Assembly: GCF_001194135.2 (NCBI RefSeq)
Contig: NC_068982.1
Location: 18,712,023 to 18,764,010, forward strand
Length of the DNA stretch: 51,988 nt
From: Octopus bimaculoides
Lineage: Eukaryota
Reading direction: 5' to 3'
Shown: positions 27,490 to 41,000 of the stretch, piece by piece
How positions within the stretch are numbered: the stretch's first letter is position 1
Layout: each line of letters begins with the position of its first letter
Program-made: the position numbers and the translations under genes
The notes under the pieces: generated by a model
Told to the model about the DNA's origin: nothing
The model's input: the letters and a program-made list of their open reading frames with translations, nothing else
Databases searched by the model: none

Positions 27490-28378
27490 CGCTTGTATCT
27501 TTAAATTCTTTTATTCTTTTATACGCTTCAGTCCTAAGCCAGTTGATGCGACCCTCCGGCATCAGTCTGCCGACCTGTGTCACCCGCTGGAGGTTGTACT
27601 GCTACGTGGTGCGTCTTTGTTTTACAGTGCTTCTCCCCTATTCGTCGAATGTTGTGACAGATGAAACGAAGGAACAGCGTGCTTCTGTGACATTCTGTTT
27701 TCTGCTGGAGAAAACGGCGACTGAAACAGTTGTTACGCTTCGAACAGCTTACAAGGACGTTGCCATGAGCGAAGCAAGTTTACGAGTGACTTCCACGCTT
27801 TATAAATAGTCACTTGCTGCTTGAAGACCAACCTCGTTCAGGACTAACCTCCTTCAGGACCAACCTCGTTCAGGACTAACTTCGACTCCATGTACTGATG
27901 TTGGAGGACTATCACCGAACAATTGACGAAGTTTTTGATATGACTGGTTGTGTCCTGTAGCTCCTGCCAGCAAATTTTGAGCGAGGAATTGCGAAAGAAA
28001 AACGTTGCAACTAAATGTATGCGCCGCTTGCTGACGGAAGATCAAAAAACAGCCACGACTGAACGTGCGTCGTAAACTGAAAGAACAGTTGGAAGTTGAC
28101 CCGGAACATTTTTTCCGAAGGTCATCACTGCTGATGGAAGCTGGTGCTATGGAATTTCCAGACATGGGTGAGGTGTAAAAAAAAAAAAACGACAGATGCG
28201 TTAAAAGGCATTATTTCGCAAGAGTTACAGCACTTCTTGGAATAATGGTCAACGCACCTGGACCGATGTAGTGATTCAAAGGGAGAATATCTCGAAGGCG
28301 ATAAAAGTTTAAACATGCAAGACTAATTGAAGAAAATAATATTGCAAAATTCCGTTTTCTTTTGGGTACCCCTTCTTA
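27490..28378 (+). mobile_element. Internally deleted, degenerate mariner transposon
   Basis: EQRASVTFCFLLEKTATETV..LRTAYKDVAMS, LEDQPRSG, KVITADGSWCYG joined to C-terminal GEYLEGD; catalytic core largely missing; right TIR-like ttccgttttcttttgggtacccc; internal 32-bp duplication at 27826-27880. Confidence 0.85.
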
Positions 28379-29556
28379 GATGCAGACTCATGTTTATCTC
28401 TCTATATATATATATATGAATGCGTGTATGCGTGCGCGTTCGCTTGTGTGTGTGTCTGTGCGTGTGTTTCTGTGTGTGTCTGTGCACGTGTTTGGAGTGG
28501 TGATCACGTATTAAACACAACGAAGCCAAACGTACTTAACTTATAACGTCTACCCATTTTCTTTAAAGCTGAAGTATTTTGAATCGTTACTTGATTTCAC
28601 GTTTTCGATTATTCAAACTGCTGGACTTGTGTAGCAATTAGAAGTCAAGATATTGTTGATTGTAATAAGTTTAGTTACTAATGATTATTATATTCTCAAC
28701 GACTTTGAGAAAATCATAACATATTCATCTATGCAAATTTTATACGATTAACACCAGCTATATTCATCTATCCACACATGAAGCACAATATCAAATTCCT
28801 TTCAAAATATGTTTGAAAAATGTGTATACACACCATGCTACTTCTAGTTCCTTATAGCTTAAGATTTGTGAACATTGGGAACTATATTAAAAAAGATAGG
28901 CTGAATATGGAAGGTGCGTTCCTTTAAATTAATTTTGCCAGACAGAGTAATATACGTCCGTTGGGAATGTATAACATTCCATTAGTAATTTAAAAATTTA
29001 AAGGTAAAAAAAAACAAAAAAATCGATAATTCGTGAATACATAAACAAGCATTAATATTTATTCATTGAGGAATTCCCGTATACATCCAGGCGAAAATGA
29101 TTTATTTTCAACACAAAATGTTCAATTGATTGGACTTCGCAAAAGAAAATCCAATTAACCAGGTGCTGGTGAGGAATCACACACCAGGTTGATTTAACTA
29201 CCCAAGTACATTTTGGCTTGATTAGATCATAGGATGCAAAAAAACTCCGAATTTATAAAGAAAAGTCTCGATCTCTTCATGGTTACAATTCCGCCAATAC
29301 TTCTAAAATGGTACTTTTTCATTGACACTGAAATGATGGACAAATCGATCTGACAAGATTTGCAATGCAAAGGCAGTATTCGTAATATTAAACGAAGGGG
29401 CATTCAATCTTACGATGTAGTGCAAAGCCGCCTATGCCTGCATGTAAAAACATGATTCTGTTTTATGTTTCACGCCTCACGTTTGAAAAATAAGTCAACG
29501 TAGACTCTCTAATACTTCTGAGGCTCTCTTTCAAAAGCCAACGACTAATTATATTT

Positions 29557-29596
<40 letters not shown>

Positions 29597-29842
29597 TGTT
29601 ATCATTCAATCCTTTGAATATGTTGTGACGTGATGATATAAATATTCAAAACTTCCATCTGATAAGTATGGACACGCACGCACACACATGCAAAAAGACA
29701 CATTACACACTCACAGATCAAACACACACACATACACGCACACACCCACGCACACACCCACGCACACATACACACACATACTGACAGACATATATTTACA
29801 AGACGTAGCTTTGTAGATTGTTACTTTTAAGTTTCCTATTAC

Positions 29843-30017
29843 CCATTTTTCGAATATTCTATTCATGTGCGAATGTGTTTGCTGCCGTTCATGTCTGCGC
29901 ATATGGTTCTTCTTTGTTTTCCAATTATTACATCTTGTTATATTATAATTTCCCCTCAAACTCTCGTCGTGGCAATATATTACATAGAGGCACCTTAATT
30001 TATGCGCAAGTAACTTC
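29843..30017 (-). CDS. Weak candidate upstream exon (175 nt, phase 2-0): KLLAHKLRCLYV...RIFEKW
   Basis: Acceptor tttctattaaatag, donor TGG|gtaata; single open frame ending in the phase needed by exon 23860-24027. Confidence 0.25.
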
Positions 30018-30144
30018 CTATTTAATAGAAATGCCGGTGGCATATTCAGTTATCACTAAGCTAGATTTGTAATACCTTAATCACATTAAAAGCAAAACAA
30101 TATAAATAATATTATTTCTCCTCTAGCCTCAAAGAACATGTAGA

Positions 30145-30205
30145 GCTGTGTTTATTTATCCTATAATAACCAGACAATGGTTATTATAGGACAAATAAAC
30201 ACAAC
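30145..30205 (-). other. Isolated 61-nt inverted repeat (28-bp stem, 5-nt loop)
   Basis: gctgtgtttatttatcctataataacca-gacaa-tggttattataggacaaataaacacaac. Confidence 0.85.
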
Positions 30206-30505
30206 ACTGCTTGTGTGTCTGACATCAGGGGTAATACATATTTTTACATAGTGTTTGTAACATTCTTCTGTGATATTAACTTTATCGATTTCTTCCATAC
30301 CATATAAGTATGTTTTCAATATTCGTTATTGCGTTTATCTTAACAATTCTCTCTTTCTTTTGATCTCCTACAATTTAATCTGCTAGTGTATCTTAATGTC
30401 TCAAAACTTACTTTCGTTTCATTTGTTCTTTCTGATGTGACATGTAAATGTGTACCTTATTATTTCAGCACCAGCAGAAGATGGAACCGTTGCAGGAGCT
30501 AAAGT

Positions 30506-30560
30506 ATCATCGTCATCATCATCATCACCACTATCATCATCATCATCATCATCATCATCA

Positions 30561-30594
<34 letters not shown>

Positions 30595-30623
30595 AGTCGT
30601 CATCATCATCATCATCATCATCA

Positions 30624-30659
<36 letters not shown>

Positions 30660-31326
30660 GTAATAGTAGTAGTAGTAGTAGTAGTAGTTGTAGTAGTAGT
30701 AGTAGTAGTGGTAGTAGAAGCAGTAGTATTGGTGATGACAGTGGTGCTAGTGATGGCGGCGGTGATAATGGTGGTGGTAGTGNNNNNNNNNNNNNNNNNN
30801 NNNNNNNNNNNNNNNNNNNNNNNNNNNNNNNNNNNNNNNNNNNNNNNNNNNNNNNNNNNNNNNNNNNNNNNNNNNNNNNNNNNNNNNNNNNNNNNNNNGG
30901 TGGTGGTGGTGGTGGTGGTGGTGGTGGTGGTGTGGGGTTGCGGTGTTGGCGGTGTGGCGATGGTGGCCGCGATAGATGTAATTCTCTTTATAGTGTTAAG
31001 CATTTAGGGAGTCGGAGCTGCTGCAAAAACAGTAATGGCGACAGTCATAAGACTGGATATCTTAGGCAAGTTGTGGAAGCAATAGTTTGAATGACTATTG
31101 CACTAAGCTGCATTCCTTGTCGTAGTAGAACCAAGTGCCATAGTGCTTATAGTATTAATCTCATTAATGAGGGCACCACCAGCAGCAGAACCAACAGAAG
31201 TAAAACCAGCAAAAACAGCAGTAATAGCAGCGGTATTAATAGACATAGTATTGTGTGTGTGTGTTGGGGGGGGGTACTAGTATTAGTATTAGGTGCACCA
31301 GTAGAAGCAGCGGCAGGGGCAGCGGC

Positions 31327-31368
<42 letters not shown>

Positions 31369-31461
31369 TTTAGTAGTAGTAGTAGTAGTAGTAGTAGTCG
31401 TAGTAGCAGTAGTAGCAGCAGCAGCAACAGCAGTAGTAGTAGAAGCAGCAGCAACAGCAGT

Positions 31462-31514
<53 letters not shown>

Positions 31515-31535
31515 TTGCAGTAGTTGCTGTAAACA
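30506..31535. repeat. Compound trinucleotide microsatellite domain (CAT, CGT, TAT, TAG/AGT, GGT, AGC) with a gap
   Basis: Direct reading of the sequence. Confidence 0.95.
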
Positions 31536-32277
31536 GCAATAAACGTAACAACAGTAAAGTCGTCAGATTGTTATTAAATGACCAGTATTCGAGAAGGTAT
31601 ATTGATATATTTTGCCCCTGATTGTACTGACACGTTCCAAAAGCTTTCGCACTGTGACTGTCTATACTTATTTTCAGATATATCTACAAGTACATTCTAT
31701 AATGTGTCTCACCTACTTTAAGATGATAGAGTTTTATTTGTAGTTTATGTCTATTATGTCCAGAGACCTATTTCTTATTGACATTATTCTTCCGAAGGAA
31801 TAGTGTTTGAAAGTGTGCACTGATAGAGAAAAAATTGGAAAACTGTCGACAATTCCTCTCATTGCGAACTAGGTTTCGGGTGTTGATTATTAAGCTGGGT
31901 TTAATTAAAAAATTGATTTACTGTTTCATACCTAACCAGTGGGACTTTCTAAGGGTATTTTGACCAATGTTTCTTTCGTTTCTATTTTCATGTGATTTAA
32001 AGAAGAATTGTCAATCATATGTAGCAGTTCAAACATGCATGTAAAGGGCCAATCGTTTATTATCATTACTAAATAGTACTGTTAATCAACCAGCTTGGCT
32101 CCTTTTACGATAGATATCAAAAGCCTTTCAGTTTCGAATTAACCTTTCCTCTCCCAAGATTCTATGAAACAATATATTAGTCGTCAACGCATGTTATCAT
32201 TTGAAATCTATAACATACTTCCACTGAAATGTGTGATCTCGTGACATTATTATGAGATCATTGTTGATATTTTTTTC

Positions 32278-32480
32278 TACTCTAGGCACATGGCCCGAAA
32301 TGTTGGGGGAGGGACCAGTCGATTAGATCGACCCCAGTGACTGGTACTTAATTTATCGACCCCGAAAGGAAGAAAAGCAAAGTCGACTTCTGCGGAATTT
32401 CAACTCAGAATGTAAAAACAGACGAAATACCGCTAAGCATTTCGCCCGGCGTGCTAACGATTCTGCCACCTCGCTGCCTT
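32278..32480 (-). mobile_element. Near full-length SINE family C copy
   Basis: gtcgattagatcgaccccag...ggtacttaatttatcgaccccgaaagg...cagacgaaataccgctaagcatttcgcccggcgtgctaacgattctgcca-cctcgctgcct. Confidence 0.85.
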
Positions 32481-33744
32481 AGATCATTGTTAATATTAAC
32501 ACAAAATGCATTCCGCTATTTTTGTATATTCCACGGTGTTCTGTGTCCCAATGTTCTTTTTATCTTGCTTTCCAAAGACATTATAATCGTCGGTTCCATC
32601 TTCCAGATTTCGAAACTTTGTTCGCAGGTAAGAAATCTATGTTACCGTAAGTGTGAGTGGCTATTTTTTTTTTTTAGCCCCAATCACTCCCCATTGTGCA
32701 CAGTTGTAGATAAAGATATCCAGAATCTCTTCACTCTGTCACTTATAAGTATATCCTGGATGACATTATCATGTTTCATACATATTTATCTTTTTTTTAA
32801 GTGAGACATTTGGTGTGTATTTCGATACTAATTATAGCTGTACTAACAATCAGGTAGAATCTATACGGTGACATATTCTAATTGTTGTAACATTCGTATA
32901 GGTAGCAGAATATGGATGAACAGACTAGGTAGAAGCTTTTTTAATAGCTGCAGTTCTTATGCAACTTGCATCATAAAGTGTTAGGATGAAATGATTAAAC
33001 CAAATCTTCATGCTGCTTTAATCCTTTTAACTCCAATTTATTTTGTAAATTAAATATATATTCGCACAATTCTGTTTGATATCTATTATCATTTTGCAGG
33101 GCTTTTAAGCTCATTTATATTTTCGTTGCATTCAATATCCTATTTCATTCATGTCATTTTCAAAAACAATACTCATATTCGAATCTGTGTTTTGAATCTA
33201 ACACTAAATCTGGTTAAGAGCTCTAAAATCCGTACTACTTGTTCACTTCAAAGACTTGGGCACATGAATTGTAACATTGAAGAATATTTAGATAAGACCA
33301 GAGGTTCAGATTTAGTACAAGATTAGCACATCATTAGAAAGTATTATCAGCGTCAAAATATTTGAAAATGATCACTAAATAATATCATATATAATAGTAT
33401 CAGGTATTCCTATGATCAATTGTGATGATATTATGTCAACCAAATATACTTGATTAAATCTGTTGAAATACAAAGAATTAATTTGAAAGTGATCGGAAGT
33501 ATTTTGAGATGAAAGTAATCACAAAGCCGACGGGTTTCCATATTAGATGATGACTTAATCTACAGCAGAGGACGCTGATGAGAGCGCTGCGTTGATGATA
33601 AGGTTAATGATAAGAATTTTTGACATGAACAACAAATACAATAAATGGCAATGAAATTAGAAAGAAAAAAAAAACGCCATGAATATTGTGAATAAGATAA
33701 AGATGACGATAATAACTTCCATTAATCGTTGTTATCAATAAGCT

Positions 33745-33915
33745 GTGAGCTAGCAAAATCATTAGCACATCGGGCAAAATGCTTAACAGCATTTCGTCCG
33801 TCTTTGCTTTTTTGAGTTCAAATTCCATTCCGATGGACTTCGCGTTTCATCATTTCTAAATCGATGAAATAAGTACAAGTCTCGAACTGGGGGTCGATAT
33901 AATCGGTTAATCCCG
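33745..33915 (+). mobile_element. SINE family C copy, opposite orientation
   Basis: gagctagcaaaatcattagcacatcgggcaaaatgctta...gagttcaaattcc (B-box-like)...ggggtcgatataatcg. Confidence 0.7.
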
Positions 33916-34387
33916 CACACCACCCACCACCACTACCAAAAAGAAACCGGCATTGCAGGCTTTCTGCTTATTAGTAGAAATGATTAATTGCTGTTATCAT
34001 TAACAAGGTCAAAATCAATACAAAATTAATTGCCGAAATGTCACTCATCATAGATGGTTTGTATCATGTGTGCATTTGTCTCACTGGAGTCAACGGTATA
34101 GCCAGTTGTATTTTGTAATCATGTGTATACACTGACATATTGGGATCCTTACTAGTCGTTAGTATTATATTAGGCCTTAGTGTTTGAAATGAAATACTTT
34201 TATATTGATAATATATAATTAGTAGTCACGTGCTAAGCTCGTACTAAAACCTGATAAACTGTACCTTCGAAATTTCGATCTATGCTGGAAATCTTCTAGC
34301 ATAAACAATTTATTGAAATGAACAACAATTACGGATTTTAGATCATTAAACTACCCTTAAGTCAACATAAGATAATAATAAAAAAAA

Positions 34388-34418
<31 letters not shown>

Positions 34419-35119
34419 NNNNNNNNNNNNNNNNNNNNNNNNNNNNNNNNNNNNNNNNNNNNNNNNNNNNNNNNNNNNNNNNNNNNNNNNNNNNNNNNNN
34501 NNNNNNNNNNNNNNNNNNNNNNNNNNNNNNNNNNNNNNNNNNNNNNNNNNNNNNNNNNNNNNNNNNNNNNNNNNNNNNNNNNNNNNNNNNNNNNNNNNNN
34601 NNNNNNNNNNNNNNNNNNNNNNNNNNNNNNNNNNNNNNNNNNNNNNNNNNNNNNNNNNNNNNNNNNNNNNNNNNNNNNNNNNNNNNNNNNNNNNNNNCAT
34701 AGTTATAGAGACGCGCTACATACATTCTGTTTATTTGTCATTGAGATACATGATATCATGCCACAGGATAATAGGCATGTCGAGCTATGTTAATCGAATT
34801 AAACATTATTTGTTAAACGAAATAAAATTTCAATATTTAAAAACATATGAGTAGAAAATACTTGATATTTTGCCAATATTTTGAAAATTAGTCTCATTTT
34901 TACATCTGAAGAAGATTAAGAATAATATGTTCGGCAAGAGAATAATTATTTTTGGTTAATACCTTCAATGTTTTGTATGACATTTGAAATAGTTTCTGGA
35001 AGAGAGAATACATGCATCCGATTACGTTATGATTTATAGATATTTGCAAAGAATTATATAAGCTCATTACACACGCGCAGACACACACACACGCGTGTGT
35101 GTGTATACAGAGAGAGAGC

Positions 35120-35167
<48 letters not shown>

Positions 35168-35689
35168 TAGATAGAGAGAGCGAGAGAGAGAGAGAGAGAG
35201 GGAGAGAGAGATACCCCGTCAGACTATTTTAGATTCTAAACTTGTACACAGTTTGCCCACAAACAAGACGCACATTCACGTTTTACAGAGATAGTCTATG
35301 GAAATAACAAATTTAGTGTATTTCATCATACACATACTGAAAGACATTTTAAAGTGGTTTTGTCACAATATATTGCATTAGAGAATGCAATTCTATATTT
35401 GTTATAAATAAACTACGTTGTAAGTGTACCGCATTTGAACTTTATCTTCTTTCAACTAAAAACCAAAGTTATTTACGATATACTCATAGGAATTGCCATA
35501 CAGGATGTAAAACTCTTAAAACTCTGGATGTAACCGTAATCAGCCACAAAGATGGCACACTAATGTTATAAGGTTTTTTGTCATCCACTCTTTGCAAGTA
35601 ATTGATGGGCGGCTAAAATTTGTTACTTTTTTTTTTTACTTCTTTCGGATATTTTTTTTTATTTAGTCAAAATCTCGTTTCGTAAACTC

Positions 35690-35893
35690 TCTTTACTCTT
35701 TTAACTGTTTCAGTCCTTTGTCTGCGACCATGCTGGAGCACTGCCTTTAGTCGGGCATATCGACCCCAGCCTAGTACATATTATATCGGTGTCTTTTGCC
35801 GAACCGCTATGATTACGGGGACGTAAACACACCAGCATCGGTTGTCGAGCGATGTTGGGGAACACACAGAGACACACACACACACAGACCCAG

Positions 35894-35900
<7 letters not shown>
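35690..35900 (-). mobile_element. SINE family A 3' half
   Basis: ctgtttcagtc...catgctggagcac...ttttgccgaaccgcta...cggggacgtaaacacaccagcatcggttgtc. Confidence 0.8.
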
Positions 35901-35954
<54 letters not shown>

Positions 35955-36449
35955 NNNNNNNNNNNNNNNNNNNNNNNNNNNNNNNNNNNNNNNNNNNNNN
36001 NNNNNNNNNNNNNNNNNNNNNNNNNNNNNNNNNNNNNNNNNNNNNNNNNNNNNNNNNNNNNNNNNNNNNNNNNNNNNNNNNNNNNNNNNNNNNNNNNNNN
36101 NNNNNNNNNNNNNNNNNNNNNNNNNNNNNNNNNNNNNNNNNNNNNNNNNNNNNNNNNNNNNNNNNNNNNNNNNNNNNNNNNNNNNNNNNNNNNNNNNNNN
36201 NNNNNNNNNNNNNNNNNNNNNNNNNNNNNNNNNNNNNNNNNNNNNNNNNNNNNNNNNNNNNNNNNNNNNNNNNNNNNNNNNNNNNNNNNNNNNNNNNNNN
36301 NNNNNNNNNNNNNNNNNNNNNNNNNNNNNNNNNNNNNNNNNNNNNNNNNNNNNNNNNNNNNNNNNNNNNNNNNNNNNNNNNNNNNNNNNNNNNNNNNNNN
36401 NNNNNNNNNNNNNNNNNNNNNNNNNNNNNNNNNNNNNNNNNNNNNNNNG

Positions 36450-36780
36450 TTCTTCTACCCTTCTTTTGAGGGGGCGACATGTTTCGCCTTTGTATAACCT
36501 ACCACAGCTGCATGGGATGGAGTACACGCAGTTTTTGGTCATATTCTCTTCTGTTGGTGGTTTTACCCGAAGGAGATATTTGCGAAGTGTTGTATTGCTC
36601 TTGAATACTGCCCTGATGTCATATGGGCCGCATATCTTTTGTATCTTTTCGGAGAGGCCTTTCACATAGGGTAGACAGACTGTAGACAGTTTATTGGTTT
36701 CATCCTCTCTTTTCTTCATAATTGGAGTAGATAGTATGTTCTTGGGGTAGTTGTTTCTTAATAGATTGTTACTGAATGAT
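36450..36780 (-). mobile_element. Penelope-like element ORF fragment (RT C-terminal/linker into GIY-YIG endonuclease), cut by an assembly gap
   Basis: NNYPKNIL...VCLPYVKGLSEKIQKI...VFKSNTTLRKYL...KNCVYSIPCSCGRLYKGETCRPLKRRVEE. Confidence 0.85.
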
Positions 36781-39299
36781 TATCGGGAAAAATGTAAGTT
36801 TTAAAATTTATGAAGTCATATTAGGACGGTTCGGTTTGGATAGATTAGATCTATGGAGATAGGAAAGCATGAGTCATTCGATGCCAATAAGTCATAGTGA
36901 CATTTCTTGAACAAACAAGTAACTTTTCTTAAAATATCCTTGCCCTCACAGCTATCAAATTTATTTGCTGAATCATAATAGAAATACTAATTATATCATT
37001 TGATTCCAAAAAGGATAAATTTAGCAACGAATATTGCATACTTTAACAAATAAGCTTAATCAATATATTACTACAGCAAATTCACTTACTCTCCTCTGTC
37101 ACTGTATAAGCGTAGAGGCGTACGCTCTTGCATTCACACATACACACATATAAATATGATTGCGCACGCACACGCTCACACATATATGTGTATGTAAAAT
37201 TCAATATACGCAATTACAAAAGTGCTACTAGTGGTTTATTTTTTGTATAGGATATATTAACCTGGCAGATATACAACTTGCCATGTATCGCCAAGCAATC
37301 GTTCAGGATCATTTTATGAGGCTAGATATAGTTAAATACCAGAACAATACGCTAAGAGAAAATATGAGAAAAAGTGAGACGTAAAGAAAAAAAGAGCACA
37401 AAGAAAACACGAAGAAGGTTCATGCAAAAATTGGAACGTGAAGAAAGAAAAGTAAGGAAGGTAAAACCCAAGATTTCGTCGTATTTGACTCAGGAACCAT
37501 AATTAATGTAACTAGCGTAAAATGATATAACGGAAACGAGGACAAAACCAGTGAAATAGTAACTCAGTCTGGAGCAGGTGGTGACCTCAGCATCATAACA
37601 GAAACCTGTCCATGAGCTTACATCTGCTAAAAATTTGGACCTAAAATGAAAGAGCAATCTTTCAGGTTACGTATAATGTGTACCCCTTTGATCCATTTAT
37701 ATTCTTTCACGATACTTCACTTGATTGTATATGGTGTGTATTTGTTCTTCAGGTTCAATACGTAGCAATCCAATTTTTATTTATGGATGTGTCGAGAAGA
37801 CTGGTAGTTTGCACAGAAGCTTTTAAAATTTTCTTCGCATAAGCCGATGTAACTTTTCTTCTCAATTATGTTGACTTGGAGCAGTGCTGTAACACGCGCA
37901 CGTACAAACCCCTACGCACACACACACGCACGTACACACACGCACGCACACACACACACACACACACACGCATGCACACGCGCGCGCACAGACACACACA
38001 CACACACACCCAGAAACACACATTCACATTCTTATGTTCCCTCCAGGCAATAAGTCTCACCTGCCATTTAGTTATTGTGGCACATCTTCAAAGGCTGCAG
38101 TAAAGTTTAATAAAGTATACATACTGCATGCTTGATATGACTTATATTTTTGTGTCTCTCTCTCTATATGTATGTGAGTGTGTCTGTGTCTATCTGTCTG
38201 TCTGAGAGAGAGAGATAGGGTGTGTGTGTGTATGTGTGTGTGCGCGAGAATATGTTTCTACCAAACCACCAATATATGCACTCGTCACGATGTTGATATC
38301 GTTCCTATTTCTTTCTTTCCTCATTATTTCAGTGTCTTAATATTTTCTTTGTAAGAGCACGTAATCTGAAACATCGAATCCTCCTCTTTACGTTTCATTT
38401 GGCATATTTAGTTTCATTTTACGTATTCTGCATCAGTTATTATTACTATTCCGTTTTCCATAGTGTTCTTCTATGCCCTTTACTTGCCTACATTCATATA
38501 TAAATTACTCTGTATGAAAAAAACGACTTTTGTCCCTGGGTTACAACTGTGATTCCTTTTTCTTTTACACTCGGAAACTATGAAAATGGCTAATGTTTAC
38601 TTCAAACAGCTTTTCTTACATTTATTCAACCCCAAAAGCTATGATGCTGCCCCTCTACTCCTACTCATTATTAGAGATGCTCATATTTTCAACCACTAAG
38701 GGACATATTCGAGTGATATTGAGCAGAATATTTGCTATAACGATATTTCTGCTTCAGCAACTCAGTGTTGGATCTCACTCAACTGTAATGGAAAATAGGT
38801 CTATATCAAAACATTCATGTCTAGTTCACAAAAGCAAAGTTTGAAGGGAAGAGTAGTTATTTCGTGTGATTCCTAGATAGATGCCAGTAGGAAATAACGC
38901 TTAAAGACAAAAGACAAAAAAGAACAAAAAATTAGTGTTATTTTTGTCAATCATAAAATCATTCTAATTGTACCGTATCATAGCGACTTAAGAAATATCT
39001 GGTACCCATCCTAGTACCCAATCTATACGAAATGTATAGCGACTCAGGAAATATCATTGGCTTAATACATATTTTTACTCATATGATAAGCATGTGACTA
39101 TGAACAAATGATCGTTTGAATTTTCTTCTTAGTTGCAATATTTATGGATGTGGGTATAGTTTGAACGTGCGCTGAGAAGCTCTGGCGTTACCAGAATATA
39201 TCTGGTACCCATCCTATATGAAATGTGTAGCATGAAATTGCCTTTACAGGCCGTTACGTAGTAGTTCACTTCTCACTGGTGTTACTTTTATTAGCATCT

Positions 39300-40050
39300 T
39301 TCCATTTTGTTATTTCTCCTCAGTATCACAGGTAGTTGTTGTGAGGTAGAGAACGCCAGGTTTCGCCTTAAAAACGAAGAAGGGTAGTTTCTCCGATGAA
39401 TCCATATTTGATCCCGCTGGCAGCTTCTACCTTCGGAAAATCTATCTGCGAAATGTGTTACGTATTTTGTTCGTATGCACCTTTCGAACCCTCTCCTCAC
39501 GAAATACTTAATTTGCTTTTACAACCACATGTGTTGGAGCTGGCCTTTCTACCTTAGATGTATCATGAAACTTTTCCTTCGTCTCTTGAAAAGACCTTGG
39601 ACATATCACTTGATCTCTTTTATCTATGGGATTGCCTTGCTGCTTTGCAGGATCAAGCGTATTTAAATCTTTAGTGACTTAGGTGACTACATTTCACTGG
39701 AGTTTACATCACAATTGACCATTTGCTCGTATTGCACAAGAAACATGAGTGTGCCGACGTTCACAGCTATATCCTGCTCTTGTTTCTTAATAAGTATTTT
39801 CTGGCTACTTTATAGATTCGTGTGTCTCTTACTGCTTCAGCTGGTGCTTTCGCATCGTTCTGCAGTTAGAAATCTAAATTTGGTACATGTCTTTAGTTTT
39901 ACTTATGAAGACGTGCCTACCCCCTTATCTTCCATAGCTACTTCCATCTATTTTGTGGATGGATCTAGGAATATCCTAATGCCTTGTCATGGTATAGGTA
40001 TGTCATCCTTCTCGTAAGCTTGGTTAATATACTCTTCTGGGGACGAACCC
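39300..40050 (-). mobile_element. Possible very degraded DNA transposon (pogo/Tigger-like) coding remnant
   Basis: Coding-like composition with many stops; the fragment AGSNMDSSEKLPFFVFKAKP resembles the pogo G.EKLPP.VIFK motif; weak. Confidence 0.25.
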
Positions 40051-40062
40051 GTCATTTGAACG

Positions 40063-40583
<521 letters not shown>

Positions 40584-40962
40584 ATGAAATTTCTTACATA
40601 CAATGGATCGGACCTTTTTTTTTAAGTTTGTATACGCAAAACTTTCATTTGACGCTGTAGGTGTGTACGTGTGAATGTGTCTGCCCCAAACAATGTACTC
40701 TCCACATCTGAGATCAAACAAAGTTTCGCCGGCCATTCTCAAAACTAGCATGTTTCTTCAACGAGAATCATAACAATTTACTAGTCTATCCTCTACATTT
40801 CTAAATTGTTGATTCTTTCCTAAATCCGACAAAGATTTTCTAACTTTTCCAGTTATGGACATTCAGCATCTGATGCTCATCCTCTGATAATTCCTATGTA
40901 ATTATATAGATAACGTATTTGTATTCGGTGCAGCGAAATTGATGAAACATTGGAAAGCTTAC

Positions 40963-41000
40963 GCTTTGCAAACCGAGTAATGCGAAGATTCTTCTATCAT
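40963..41000 (-). CDS. Candidate upstream exon (38 nt, phase 1-0): (Y)DRRIFALLGLQS
   Basis: Acceptor gatcgcctttag, donor gtaagc; phase matches candidate 41301-41475. Confidence 0.35.

Noticed and set aside
30419-31621. Thr/Asp/Ser/Val-rich ORFs resembling mucins
   Set aside because: Pure trinucleotide repeats, open on both strands, without convincing splice signals.
31712-31819. Segment with strong minus-strand acceptor and gtgaga donor
   Set aside because: Stops in all three frames; no evidence it is used.
38991-39232. Two similar segments of about 45 bp (atatctggtacccatccta...gaaatgt.tagc) about 200 bp apart
   Set aside because: Real local duplication, but only two copies and no spacer periodicity, so not a CRISPR-like array or an identifiable element.
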